A DNA stretch of 28,566 nt from Planctomycetota bacterium (GCA_050248855.1 JBFWRP010000040.1:1-28566), one strand, 5' to 3'. Numbered from the stretch's first letter, positions 7,790 to 16,335 are shown. Notes: generated from the sequence alone by a model not told the origin. Program-made: numbers and translations.

Positions 7790-9574
7790 ATGGTGCGCCT
7801 GACTCCGCGGCTGACCGGCCTTGACCGGGCCCGGGTCGCACCGCTCGACCTGCTGCGTGCGATCCCCGACCTGGCGCTGCTCGCCGGGCTGGTCGTGGCC
7901 ATCGAGATGCTGGGCGCGCGCAGCCTGCACGACGGGACCGACCTCCTGCTTGTGATCGCCGTCGTGCTGACGGTCCAGCTGCTGCTGGCCGCGTCGCGCC
8001 ACGGCTGGCTCCCCGTGACCGCGGCGTGCGTGCGCGGGGTGCGCCATCTGGGGCGCGCCCTGCGCCGTCGCCTCGAGCCGCGCTTCGCGCTGGCCATGCG
8101 ACCGGCGCCTGGCGTCAGCGCACCGCAGGACCGCGCCCTCTCCGCCTGGGCGCCCCTCACGGCGGCCTTGCTCGTGGCCGTGGTGGTGCTCGGGCCACGC
8201 CTCTTCACGGGCCTGGTCACCGTGCGCGCCGTGGCGGGAACCACCGTGTACCTGCTGCTCTGGAGCGCGGTGCTCGTGCTGTTCCTCGCGCCGATCAGCG
8301 CGGCGGCCATCGTGGCCACGCGCATGGGCTTCGAGGCCTTCGCGCGCGGCCGCCGTCGCTGGCACGTCGGCGTGCTGCTGGGCGCCGTGGCGGCACTGGC
8401 CGTCGGCGTGCTGGCCTGCCTCCCGGGCTTGGTCGCCGTCGCCGCCACGCTCTGGCTGGGGCTGGGCGCCGCCCTGGAGCTCAAGCGCCTGCCGCCGGAG
8501 CCCTATCGGCTGTGCCGCCGCGACGCCGCGGGGAGCTGGCGCGTCGTCTCGCTCACGACCTTCGCCGTCCGGGCGCAGCTGGCCGGCACGCTGCTCTGTG
8601 CGTTGATCGCGGCGCTTGGCCAAGCGGACCGCTTGTTCGTGCCGAAATGGCCGCGCCCGCCCTTCGCCCTCACCGGCGCGCTCGGCCTGGTCGCCTCGGC
8701 GGCGTGCCTGCTGCTCGCCGGGCGCCTCGGCACGTGGCTGTTGCGCGTCGGCGGAGCGCGCGGGGAGATCCCCGAGCGGCCGCTCGTGCCCACGCTGTGG
8801 GCCCGCGACCGCTCGGCAGGGATCGAGGCGCCCTGGCTCACCGCCGCACGCCGCCATGGCTGGATCGTGTTGCGCAGCTCCGATCCGCCGCTCGCGGGGT
8901 TCGACCTGGTTGCGGGCCTCGAAGGACATCCCCGCGCGGTGCCGGAGCCGCCGGACGACGAGGCGCCCGAAGACACCACGTTCCGCTTGGCGCGCCGCTT
9001 CCACATCGTCCACCGCCGGGCCTTCTTCCGCGGGTTCGAGCGACTCTTCAAGGCCGCGCGCCCGGGCTGCCACCCACCCGGCAGCGGGTTCGTCTTCGCG
9101 CCCCACATCCGCTTCCTGCCGGGGATGCTGCGCGACCAGGAGACGCCGCGCGGGACGGGCTCGGCGCTGCCCCGGCTGCACGGCCCGGCGTACGTCACGG
9201 TGTTCGATGCGCGTTCGCGCCGCTACATCGGCAGCGTGCTGCGCGACCTCGAGGTCGACGTCGTGTTCTTCGAAGACGCGGTGTCCTGGGCGGACCTGAA
9301 GCGCGTGTGGGGCGTGCTGTTCGAGTGCTACGACCAGCGCCGCACGCCGCTCGACCCGCGCTGGTTCCAGGGCCTTCCCCGCGTGCGCGTGCTCCTGCAA
9401 GCCGAGGGCGCCGAGCTCGATCGCGAGGAGGGCGCCACACCAACGCCGTCCGACCCGGCGCCGGCGCTCGCCCGCACGCTGGTCATCTTGCGGGATCGCG
9501 GCGGTGGCGACGTGGAGGCCGACATCCCCTCGCCCGGCTCGCGCCGCCGCACGCCGGCCCCCCACGTGGCCTGA
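7790..9574 (+). CDS. Hypothetical membrane protein with soluble C-terminal domain
   Basis: Long ORF with GC3-biased codons, about 8 hydrophobic segments and then a soluble region (FVFAPH, VVFFEDAVSW); start uncertain. Confidence 0.7.
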   Translation: MVRLTPRLTGLDRARVAPLDLLRAIPDLALLAGLVVAIEMLGARSLHDGTDLLLVIAVVLTVQLLLAASRHGWLPVTAACVRGVRHLGRALRRRLEPRFALAMRPAPGVSAPQDRALSAWAPLTAALLVAVVVLGPRLFTGLVTVRAVAGTTVYLLLWSAVLVLFLAPISAAAIVATRMGFEAFARGRRRWHVGVLLGAVAALAVGVLACLPGLVAVAATLWLGLGAALELKRLPPEPYRLCRRDAAGSWRVVSLTTFAVRAQLAGTLLCALIAALGQADRLFVPKWPRPPFALTGALGLVASAACLLLAGRLGTWLLRVGGARGEIPERPLVPTLWARDRSAGIEAPWLTAARRHGWIVLRSSDPPLAGFDLVAGLEGHPRAVPEPPDDEAPEDTTFRLARRFHIVHRRAFFRGFERLFKAARPGCHPPGSGFVFAPHIRFLPGMLRDQETPRGTGSALPRLHGPAYVTVFDARSRRYIGSVLRDLEVDVVFFEDAVSWADLKRVWGVLFECYDQRRTPLDPRWFQGLPRVRVLLQAEGAELDREEGATPTPSDPAPALARTLVILRDRGGGDVEADIPSPGSRRRTPAPHVA

Positions 9575-9641
9575 TCGCCCGCGAGACGGGAACGTGGGCC
9601 GTGAGGGGCTTGGCGGCTCGTTCCCGGAGGGGGTGAACGTC

Positions 9642-11168
9642 TCAAGCGAAGGCGACGGCGCAGCCGCGTCGTGCAACGTCGGCCCCGCCATCGAAACCCT
9701 GGGCCTCGAACGACACGGCCTGCGCCCCGCCGAAGTAGAAGCCGAGCGGCCAGTTGGCGCGCGCGGGCCCCCCGGGCCAGGCCAGCAGCGCCTCGACCTC
9801 GGCGCGCGCGCGGCCATGGCCCTCCACGTAGAGCATGCCGTCTTCGACGTGTACGCGAGGGGCGGCGATCGCCGTGGCGAGGTCCATGCCGCGATCCATG
9901 CGGTTGACCACGACATTGGGTACGGCCGAACGGATGCGACTGCTCCCTGCGCTGCCGACACCGAGCTTGACGCCGTCACGCTCCACGAGCGTGGGACACA
10001 TGGACGTGATCATGCGTCGCCCGACCGAGGCCGCGCGATCGCGGGGCGCGATGTCGGGTTCGCCCAGGAAGTTGTTGAGCGCGACGCCGGTGCCGGGGAC
10101 CACGAGCCCCGCGCTCTCGCCGAGCGTCGACGTGCAGCCCACGACGCTTCCCTCGGCATCGGCGGCCGTGATGTGGACGGTGTTGCCGGCGCGGCAGGTG
10201 GCGATGCGAGCCGTCAGCCAGGCGATGTCGTCGCGACGCGCTTCGAGCTCTTCGGAGCGCAGGCGCTCCGCCAGGGCGAGCGCATCGGCGAGCTCCCACA
10301 CGGCCCGTGGCTCCGGATGGCGTGCCAAGGGCGGCGAGCGCTCGAAGGCGGCCAGGGCCGCAAGAACCTGGGCGCCCGCGACGCTCGGTCCCGCGGGCAC
10401 CGTGACCGTGCCCCCGCGGTAGCTGCCGACGAGCGGCGCGCGCCACGCCACGCGGTAGCCCGCGAGGTCGTCGGTCGTCACGTGGCCGTCGCTGGCGTCC
10501 ACGATGCCGCGTGCGAGGTCGCCATCGCGCAACCAGGCGATGCCTTCGTGGACGAGCGCCTCGAGCGTGTCGGCGAGCGCGGCGTTCGCGCGCCGCTGGC
10601 CAGGTCGGTACGGGCCGTCCTCGTCGCCCACGAGCGACCAGGCCTCGGGCGTGCGACGGAAGATCTCGGCCAGCAGCGCAAAGGCCCGGTGGTGCCCCTC
10701 CCCGACGTCGCTGCCGTGGCGGGCCATGTGGATCGCTGGCGCGGCCAAGCGCGCCAGGGGCAGGCGTCCGTGCCGCTCGTGCAGGGCGAGCAGGCCGGGC
10801 CCCAGGCCGGGGACCGCGACCGACGCCGGACCCACCTCGAAGTCCACCTCGACCTCTTCGAAGGGCACGGTGACGACCTCGGGTCCGGCGCGCGCGGCCG
10901 CGCGCCGTCCGCGCCCCGGGACGTCGGCAAAGGCGTCGAGCACCTCGGTCGATCCGCCCGCGTGGACGAGGAACAAGGCCGCCCCGCCAAGCCCCGTCAT
11001 CGTGGGCAGCGTCACGGCCGCCACGAGCGTGGCGGCGATCACCGCATCGGAGGCGGTGCCCCCCTCCGCGAGCACCGCGGCACCGGCCTCGGCGCTGGCC
11101 TCGTCCCCGGACGCGCACACGCCGCCGGGGCGCGCGGGCCTGGCGGCGCCTCGACGTCCTGCTTCCAC
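9642..11168 (-). CDS. ggt: Gamma-glutamyltransferase family protein (no evident signal peptide)
   Basis: GGTASDA, TGLGG, VAVPG, DDLAGY, GNTVHIT (Thr nucleophile position), LNNFLGE, SMCPT, GSAGSSRI, APRVH. GTG start at 11168 inferred from GGGAG upstream. Confidence 0.85.
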   Translation of the reverse strand: MEAGRRGAARPARPGGVCASGDEASAEAGAAVLAEGGTASDAVIAATLVAAVTLPTMTGLGGAALFLVHAGGSTEVLDAFADVPGRGRRAAARAGPEVVTVPFEEVEVDFEVGPASVAVPGLGPGLLALHERHGRLPLARLAAPAIHMARHGSDVGEGHHRAFALLAEIFRRTPEAWSLVGDEDGPYRPGQRRANAALADTLEALVHEGIAWLRDGDLARGIVDASDGHVTTDDLAGYRVAWRAPLVGSYRGGTVTVPAGPSVAGAQVLAALAAFERSPPLARHPEPRAVWELADALALAERLRSEELEARRDDIAWLTARIATCRAGNTVHITAADAEGSVVGCTSTLGESAGLVVPGTGVALNNFLGEPDIAPRDRAASVGRRMITSMCPTLVERDGVKLGVGSAGSSRIRSAVPNVVVNRMDRGMDLATAIAAPRVHVEDGMLYVEGHGRARAEVEALLAWPGGPARANWPLGFYFGGAQAVSFEAQGFDGGADVARRGCAVAFA

Positions 11169-11259
11169 CCTGGCTCCCGCGACCGCCGGACCCGCAGGTC
11201 CGCTTGCGGCCGCGCCCAGGATACGGTTCGGGCCGAGCAGACCCAGACGAGGAGTGCCC

Positions 11260-11862
11260 GTGCAGATCGACCCGCGTGCGCTGGACCGCAAGACGGCCTA
11301 CCTGTGGCTGACCAGCTCGCTCGTTCCGCGCCCGATCGCCTGGATGACGACGCTCGGCGCCGAGGGCGTGCTCAACCTGGCGCCGTTCTCGTTCTTCGGC
11401 GGCGTCACGAGCGACCCGATGACGGTGATGGTCTCGATCGGCCGGCGACCCGATGGCTCCCACAAGGACACGGCGCGCAACCTCCTCGCGAGCAGTGAGG
11501 GCGTCGTGCACATCCCGACGCACGACGAGGCCGAGATCATGGTCGCGAGCAGCGCGGCCCTGGCTCCCGACGCCAGCGAGGTCGAGGCCCTGGGGCTGGC
11601 CACGGCGCCCTCCATGGAGGTCGGCGTCCCCCGCCTGGCCGATGCGCAGCTGGCCCTGGAAGCGCGTGCCGTGCGGCACCTCGAGGTGGGCCGCGGCCCG
11701 GTCGACGTCTTCTTCCTGGAGATCGTCCGGATCCACGCCGCCGACGACATCGTCGTGAACGGCTTGCCGGACCCGGCGCGCCTGGGCGCCGTCGGGCGCC
11801 TGGGCGGGAGCGGCTACTGCGACACGCGCGTCCCGTTCTCCGTGGAGCGGCCCCGGACCTGA
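11260..11862 (+). CDS. Flavin reductase-like FMN-binding protein
   Basis: VPRPIAW, NLAPFSFF, KDTARN, VGRLGGSGY; GAGGAG RBS before GTG. Confidence 0.9.
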   Translation: MQIDPRALDRKTAYLWLTSSLVPRPIAWMTTLGAEGVLNLAPFSFFGGVTSDPMTVMVSIGRRPDGSHKDTARNLLASSEGVVHIPTHDEAEIMVASSAALAPDASEVEALGLATAPSMEVGVPRLADAQLALEARAVRHLEVGRGPVDVFFLEIVRIHAADDIVVNGLPDPARLGAVGRLGGSGYCDTRVPFSVERPRT

Positions 11863-11889
11863 AAACCTGGACAGCCACCGCGCACCTCA

Positions 11890-11916
11890 TTGAGTTTAGA
11901 TAAATTCCTGTACGAT
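11890..11916 (+). promoter_or_regulatory. Putative promoter (TTGAGT...TACGAT) overlapping an AT-rich imperfect palindrome
   Basis: GAGTTTA-GA-TAAATTC at 11892-11907 and TACGAT at 11911-11916, followed by GGAGG and ATG 11937. Confidence 0.45.
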
Positions 11917-11936
11917 CTGGGTCTGGAGGTCCTCCC

Positions 11937-13181
11937 ATGCCGACCCTTCGCCCCCTTGCCGCCCTTGCCGGGCTCCTCGCCCTCATGGCCCCGTCCGGGA
12001 TGCTCCGGGCGGCCGAGCCCGAAACCGACCTGCTGGCCCGGGCGCAGGCCGATCCCCGCCTCTTGACGTTCGTCACGGCCGTGGAGGCGGCCGGCTTGGC
12101 CGACGCCCTGCGCGGCAGTGGCCCCTTCACGGTGTTCGCCCCCACGGACGAGGCGTTCGAGGCCCTCCCCCCTGGCGCCCTGGCAGGGCTGCTGGCGGAT
12201 CCGCCCGCCCTCGCCGCCGTCCTGCAGGCGCACGTGGTCGCCGGTGCCCTTCGCGCCCGCGACCTCAGGCCCGTGGCGACCGCCCGGACGCTGGGCGGCG
12301 GCACGTGGGCGATCGGGCTGACGGTCGGACCCGCCCGGGTGCTTGCCGTGGACCTCGAGGCGCGGAACGGCGTCTTGCACGTGATCGACCAGGTGCTGGT
12401 CCCGACGGCGCGCACGACGCCACCGGCCCAGCCCGCGTTCGACCTGGACGCGGCGCTGGTGGGGGCCATCGACCGCGGCGCACCCCTGTACAACCGCGGT
12501 GACCACGCGGGCTGCGCGGCCGTCTACGAAGCCATCGCGCGCGACGCGATTGCGGCCGCGGACGGCGTCGGTGCCTGGCACCGCCAGCGACTGATGGCCG
12601 TGCTCGATGAGCAGGCCGCCTCGCCCTCCGATCGCGCCTGGGCCCTGCGCCACGCCTTCGATGCGATTCGCGCGGACTTGGCCTTCCGTCCCCTGAACGA
12701 GGCTCCGCTGCCAGAGGGCTTCCCGGAGGCAGGCCCCGTCGGGCAGATCGTCGAGAAGACGTACCCGCGCTACCGTGCGGCACGCGCGCGCGGGGGCGAG
12801 GGCAGCTTCTTCACGCTCTTCGGCCACATCCAGCGCAACGACGTGGAGATGACCGCGCCCGTCGAGATGACGCTCGACGGCGGAGCCCGCGCCGTCGACA
12901 TGGCCTTCCTCTACGAGTCGCCGCGTCAGGGCCGCGCCGGTGCACAAGGCCGCGTCGACGTGGTCGACCTCGACCGCCAGTCCGTGCTGTCCCTCGCGCT
13001 TCGCGGTCGGCGTTCCACGGCGCTCGTGGCCGAAGCCCGTGCGTTGCTCGAGGCCGAGCTGGCCCAGCATGGTCTGAAGGCCACGGGCGCCTTCCGCGTG
13101 CTCGCCTACAACAGCCCCATGGTCCCCGCCGAGCGCCAGCTCTTCGAAGTCCAGGTCCCTGTTGCGCGCAACGGCGACTGA
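11937..13181 (+). CDS. Secreted fasciclin (FAS1) + helical linker + SOUL heme-binding-like domain protein
   Basis: Signal peptide; GPFTVFAPTDEAF and NGVLHVIDQVL (FAS1); LFGHI...MTAPV...MAFLY...YNSP...EVQVP (SOUL-like). Confidence 0.8.
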   Translation: MPTLRPLAALAGLLALMAPSGMLRAAEPETDLLARAQADPRLLTFVTAVEAAGLADALRGSGPFTVFAPTDEAFEALPPGALAGLLADPPALAAVLQAHVVAGALRARDLRPVATARTLGGGTWAIGLTVGPARVLAVDLEARNGVLHVIDQVLVPTARTTPPAQPAFDLDAALVGAIDRGAPLYNRGDHAGCAAVYEAIARDAIAAADGVGAWHRQRLMAVLDEQAASPSDRAWALRHAFDAIRADLAFRPLNEAPLPEGFPEAGPVGQIVEKTYPRYRAARARGGEGSFFTLFGHIQRNDVEMTAPVEMTLDGGARAVDMAFLYESPRQGRAGAQGRVDVVDLDRQSVLSLALRGRRSTALVAEARALLEAELAQHGLKATGAFRVLAYNSPMVPAERQLFEVQVPVARNGD

Positions 13182-13187
13182 GGCGTA

Positions 13188-13368
13188 CGCACCGTGAGAG
13201 GTGCAGGAGGGGTACGGAATAGCCCTCCTGCTGCGGAGGCGAAGCCGGAGCACCGAGTCCGCGCGGGAGCGCGGAACGGAAGCAAGAGCGTCGTCCCTCC
13301 ACGGGCAACGCAAGGCACATCCGAGACTCGCCTCGTTGACCGAGGGAGCAACGTAGGCAAGGTGCCTG
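13188..13368 (+). repeat. Module A, copy 1 (181 bp, multi-hairpin)
   Basis: Direct repeat of 13721-13901 (offset 533) with 3 substitutions counted by eye. Confidence 0.95.
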
Positions 13369-13449
13369 CAATGGAAGGTGCCTGAACTCCGGGCTCGGAC
13401 AGGACAGCCACGCTTCCATGGGAGGGGGTGCCGCGCGCATCGAGACGCG

Positions 13450-13547
13450 GTACGGAGGCGGGGATTTCTTCCGCAACTTGCCGCCCTGCGCTTCGGCATG
13501 CGGAAGTGCCCATCGGCAAGTTGCGGAAGAATTCCCCGCCTCCGTAC
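13450..13547. repeat. Module C: long palindrome (34-bp arms, 30-nt loop), REP/REPIN-like
   Basis: GTACGGAGGCGGGGATTTCTTCCGCAACTTGCCG / CGGCAAGTTGCGGAAGAATTCCCCGCCTCCGTAC, one mismatch. Confidence 0.95.
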
Positions 13548-13571
13548 GGGCATTGCCGTCGGCATGAAGAA

Positions 13572-13685
13572 CTGACACGCAGGGGTCGCGGTCCGACGGA
13601 CGGCGAACGTCGCACTTCGGTGTCTGACACCGCGCCACCGTCGCTTCGCTCCGAGGCGCAGGTTCAGACACCTCCGCGCGCCTCG
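13572..13685 (+). repeat. Left arm + module B, copy 1 (114 bp)
   Basis: Direct repeat of 14109-14222; contains the GGTGTCTGA...TCAGACACC hairpin. Confidence 0.95.
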
Positions 13686-13720
13686 CGACCCCGGATGTGT
13701 CAGGACCCTTGCCGCGGCGC

Positions 13721-13901
13721 CGCACCGTGAGAGGTGCAGGAGGGGTACGGAATAGCCCTCCTGCTGCGGAGGCGAAGCCGGAGCACCGAGTCCGCGCGGG
13801 AGCGCGGAACGGATGCGAGAGCGTCGTCCCTCCACGGGCAACGCAAGGCACATCCGAGACTCGCCTCGTTGACCGAGGTAGCAACGTAGGCAAGGTGCCT
13901 G
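13721..13901 (+). repeat. Module A, copy 2
   Basis: Direct repeat of 13188-13368. Confidence 0.95.
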
Positions 13902-14129
13902 ACACGCAGGGGTCGCGGTTCGCCGACCAGCAGACGTCGCGCGACCCCGGATGTGTCAGGACCCTTGCCGCGGCGCCGCGCAGCGGCAACGTAGGCAAGG
14001 TGCCTGACACGCAGGGGTCGCGGTGCGCCGACCAGCAGACGTCGCGCGACCCCGGATGTGTCAGGACCCTTGCCGCGGCGCCGCGCAGCGGCAACGTAGG
14101 CAAGGTGCCTGACACGCAGGGGTCGCGGT
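13881..14129 (+). repeat. 105-bp tandem repeat (2 full units + partial), each unit a long imperfect hairpin
   Basis: gcaacgtaggcaaggtgcctgacac starts at 13881, 13986 and 14091; arms ggcaagg-tg-cctgacac-gca-ggggtcgcg / cgcgacccc-ggat-gtgtcagg-ac-ccttgcc. Confidence 0.95.
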
Positions 14130-14222
14130 CCGACGGACGGCGACCGTCGCACTTCGGTGTCTGACACCGTGCCACCGTCGCTTCGCTCCGAGGCACGGGT
14201 TCAGACACCTCCGCGCGCCTCG
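14109..14222 (+). repeat. Left arm + module B, copy 2
   Basis: Direct repeat of 13572-13685. Confidence 0.95.
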
Positions 14223-14232
14223 TTGCTCGAGA

Positions 14233-14439
14233 CTAGATGTCGGGGCGGTCGTCCGTGAGGGCCAGGTCGTTGACGGCGTTCCAGAGGGCGGCGAGCGCCT
14301 CCTTGACGTTGGCGCTCGCGCAGGGCGCGAGGTCGTCGTGTCGCAACAAGGCCTTCAGCGCCTCGTAGGACGCCAGGAGCTCCTTCTCGAACGCGGTGAG
14401 GGGATGGCCCAGCAGGTCGGTCGTGCTCGTCTCGGCCAT
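14233..14439 (-). CDS. Small hypothetical protein (68 aa, predicted helical)
   Basis: MAETSTTDLLGHPLT...LWNAVNDLALTDDRPDI; starts 2 nt after the ligase stop; host-like codon usage. Confidence 0.75.
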   Translation of the reverse strand: MAETSTTDLLGHPLTAFEKELLASYEALKALLRHDDLAPCASANVKEALAALWNAVNDLALTDDRPDI

Positions 14440-14441
14440 GG

Positions 14442-15782
14442 TCAGGATCCCTTCACCTTGCGGTCGTCCAGCACGCGGCGCGCCTTCAGCTCGAACCGCG
14501 GCAGCGTGCCCGCGCCCACGCGCTCCACGTCGAAGCCCAGGCCCTCGGTGTTGGACGACAGGTCCTCGCAGAGTCGCCGCGCCACGGCGTCCCATTGGTC
14601 TTCGAACCCGGCGCGCACTTCACAGCGCACGGCGATCTCGTCGCGGATCCCGTCCCTCGTCCACAGGTAGATCTGGAACTCGTCGACAGCCGGGTACTCG
14701 CGCACGATGGCCTCGACCGCGCGCGGATACACGTTGGTGCCGCGAACCAGCAGCATGTCGTCGACGCGGCCGCGGATGCCGCCTTCGTAGAGGTCCCAGG
14801 TCCTTCCGCACGAGCTCTTCGTGTGCGGCACCTTCACCACGAGGTCGCGCGTGCGGTAGCGGATCAGCGGCAGGCTGCTGCGGCCGAACGACGTGACCAC
14901 GCGCTCCCCCTGCTCGCCGTAGTCCAGCGCGCGACCGGTCTCGGGGTCGATGACCTCCTCGATGAAGTGGTCCTCGATCACATGACAGCCACCCGGTTGG
15001 TTCTCGCTCTCGAACATCATGATCGTGCCGATCTCGGTCATGCCGGCGGTGTCGGCGGCCTTCGCCCCCCACTGCTCTTCGATCAGGCGCTTCGTGGCGG
15101 GGATCGAGCCCGCCGGCTCGCCGCTCAGGATCAACCGCTTGACCGTGCCGCCGGGCAGGTCGATACCCATGTCGCGGGCCTCCTGGGCCAAGCGCAGCGC
15201 GTACGTGGGCGTCGCGCACACGACGGTGGCGCCCATCTGCTCGATCAGCTCGACGCGGCCCTGCGTGGTCATGTTGCCGCTCGGCAGGACCAAGCAGCCC
15301 ATCTTCTCGCACGCGTAGTGCGCGCCCCAGAACCCGATGAACGTGCCGTAGGAGAACGCGAAGAACACGATGTCGTGCGCGCGGATGCCGAAGCCGTGGA
15401 ACGCGTAGCACCAGCACTCGGCGATCCACTTCCAGTCGGTGCGCCCGTCGAGCACGCGCAGCGGCATGCGACCCGTCGTTCCCGACGTCGTGTGGTAGCG
15501 GATGGCCGTCTCCGCGGGCCGTAGCAGCATCTCGCCGTAGGGGAGATTCGCGGCCTGCGAGTCCATCCACGCGTCCCGCGTGGTGAACGGAAGGCGCTCG
15601 AGATCATCCAGGCTACGGATGTCCGCCGGGCCCACGCCGTGCTCGTCGAACAGACGGCGGTGGAACGTGCTGCCCGCGTACGCGCGCTCCACGGCGCGCG
15701 CGAGGCGATGGCCCTGCAGGCGTTTCAGCTCCTCGCGGGGCATCGTCTCCGTCTTGGGGTTCCAGAAGGGCGATTCGGCCAT
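14442..15782 (-). CDS. Phenylacetate-CoA ligase (PaaK)-family AMP-dependent ligase
   Basis: TTSGTTG P-loop, TPTYA, SGEP, GMTE, LIRYRTRD, GRVDDM, GTNVYP; substrate uncertain. Confidence 0.85.
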   Translation of the reverse strand: MAESPFWNPKTETMPREELKRLQGHRLARAVERAYAGSTFHRRLFDEHGVGPADIRSLDDLERLPFTTRDAWMDSQAANLPYGEMLLRPAETAIRYHTTSGTTGRMPLRVLDGRTDWKWIAECWCYAFHGFGIRAHDIVFFAFSYGTFIGFWGAHYACEKMGCLVLPSGNMTTQGRVELIEQMGATVVCATPTYALRLAQEARDMGIDLPGGTVKRLILSGEPAGSIPATKRLIEEQWGAKAADTAGMTEIGTIMMFESENQPGGCHVIEDHFIEEVIDPETGRALDYGEQGERVVTSFGRSSLPLIRYRTRDLVVKVPHTKSSCGRTWDLYEGGIRGRVDDMLLVRGTNVYPRAVEAIVREYPAVDEFQIYLWTRDGIRDEIAVRCEVRAGFEDQWDAVARRLCEDLSSNTEGLGFDVERVGAGTLPRFELKARRVLDDRKVKGS

Positions 15783-15912
15783 GCGGGGTCCTCGCTGCGG
15801 TCTTGGCGCGCCTCCCGCGCGCGGGGCTCGGGACTCTACCGCAAGCCCTTGGCTCCTCGCCACCGTCGCCTCGCGGCGGCGCCCGCCTACCATGCCGCCA
15901 GGAGGCGCCCAC

Positions 15913-16335
15913 GTGCCCGCATTCCGCTTCGACCACGCCGTGCCCTACGGGGCCATCGACTTCGCGCGGATCGTCTACTACCCGCAGTTCCTGCACTTCT
16001 GCCACCTGACGATGGAGGCCATGTTCGCGGCTGTCGTCGGCGTGCCCTACGCCCGCGCGCTCCAGGACGAGGGCGTCGGCTACCCCACGGTCAAGAGTGA
16101 TGCCGAGTTCTTGGCACCCGTTCCGTACGGCGAGACGCTACATCTCTCCATGGCCACCGAAGCGATCGGTCGCTCGTCGGTGACGTTCCTCTACCAGGGC
16201 CACCGCGCGAGCGACGACACGCTCGCGTTCCGCGTGCGCAACGTCCAGGTGGCCGTGGACATGGCGGCCTGGAAGAGCATGGCGGTTCCCGAGCACCACC
16301 GGCGTGCCTTCGAGAGCTTGCGCGAGACACCATGA
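15913..16335 (+). CDS. 4HBT/YbgC-like hot-dog acyl-CoA thioesterase
   Basis: IDFARIVYYPQF, FLAPVPYGE, IGRSS; GGAGG RBS before GTG 15913; ATGA overlap with bioF. Confidence 0.85.
   Translation: MPAFRFDHAVPYGAIDFARIVYYPQFLHFCHLTMEAMFAAVVGVPYARALQDEGVGYPTVKSDAEFLAPVPYGETLHLSMATEAIGRSSVTFLYQGHRASDDTLAFRVRNVQVAVDMAAWKSMAVPEHHRRAFESLRETP

Noticed and set aside
1879..8484. 2201-aa minus-strand ORF and other very long Arg/Ala/Gly-rich ORFs (e.g. 3150-5891, 7316-9979, 9504-11498, 20070-22508, the 5' part of 25213-28521)
   Set aside because: Shadow ORFs antisense or out of frame to well-supported genes, as expected when stop codons are rare in very GC-rich DNA.
13330..13360. GTTGACC and CTACGTT words reminiscent of IscB omega/HEARO RNA
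   Set aside because: The two words lie on opposite strands and no IscB, TnpB or HNH ORF is adjacent.
13384..13430. Faint resemblance to RNase P RNA (tccgggctc...agg)
   Set aside because: It lacks GAGGAAAGUCC and the other universally conserved regions.
12811..14208. ORFs across the repeat region (465, 155, 174 aa and others)
   Set aside because: They are translations of the repeats with no RBS or family motifs; substitutions between copies preserve base pairing, and a 2-nt indel in the distant copy breaks the frame.
13188..14222. CRISPR array
   Set aside because: Units are 105-181 bp, the intervening sequences are repeated rather than unique, and no cas genes are present.
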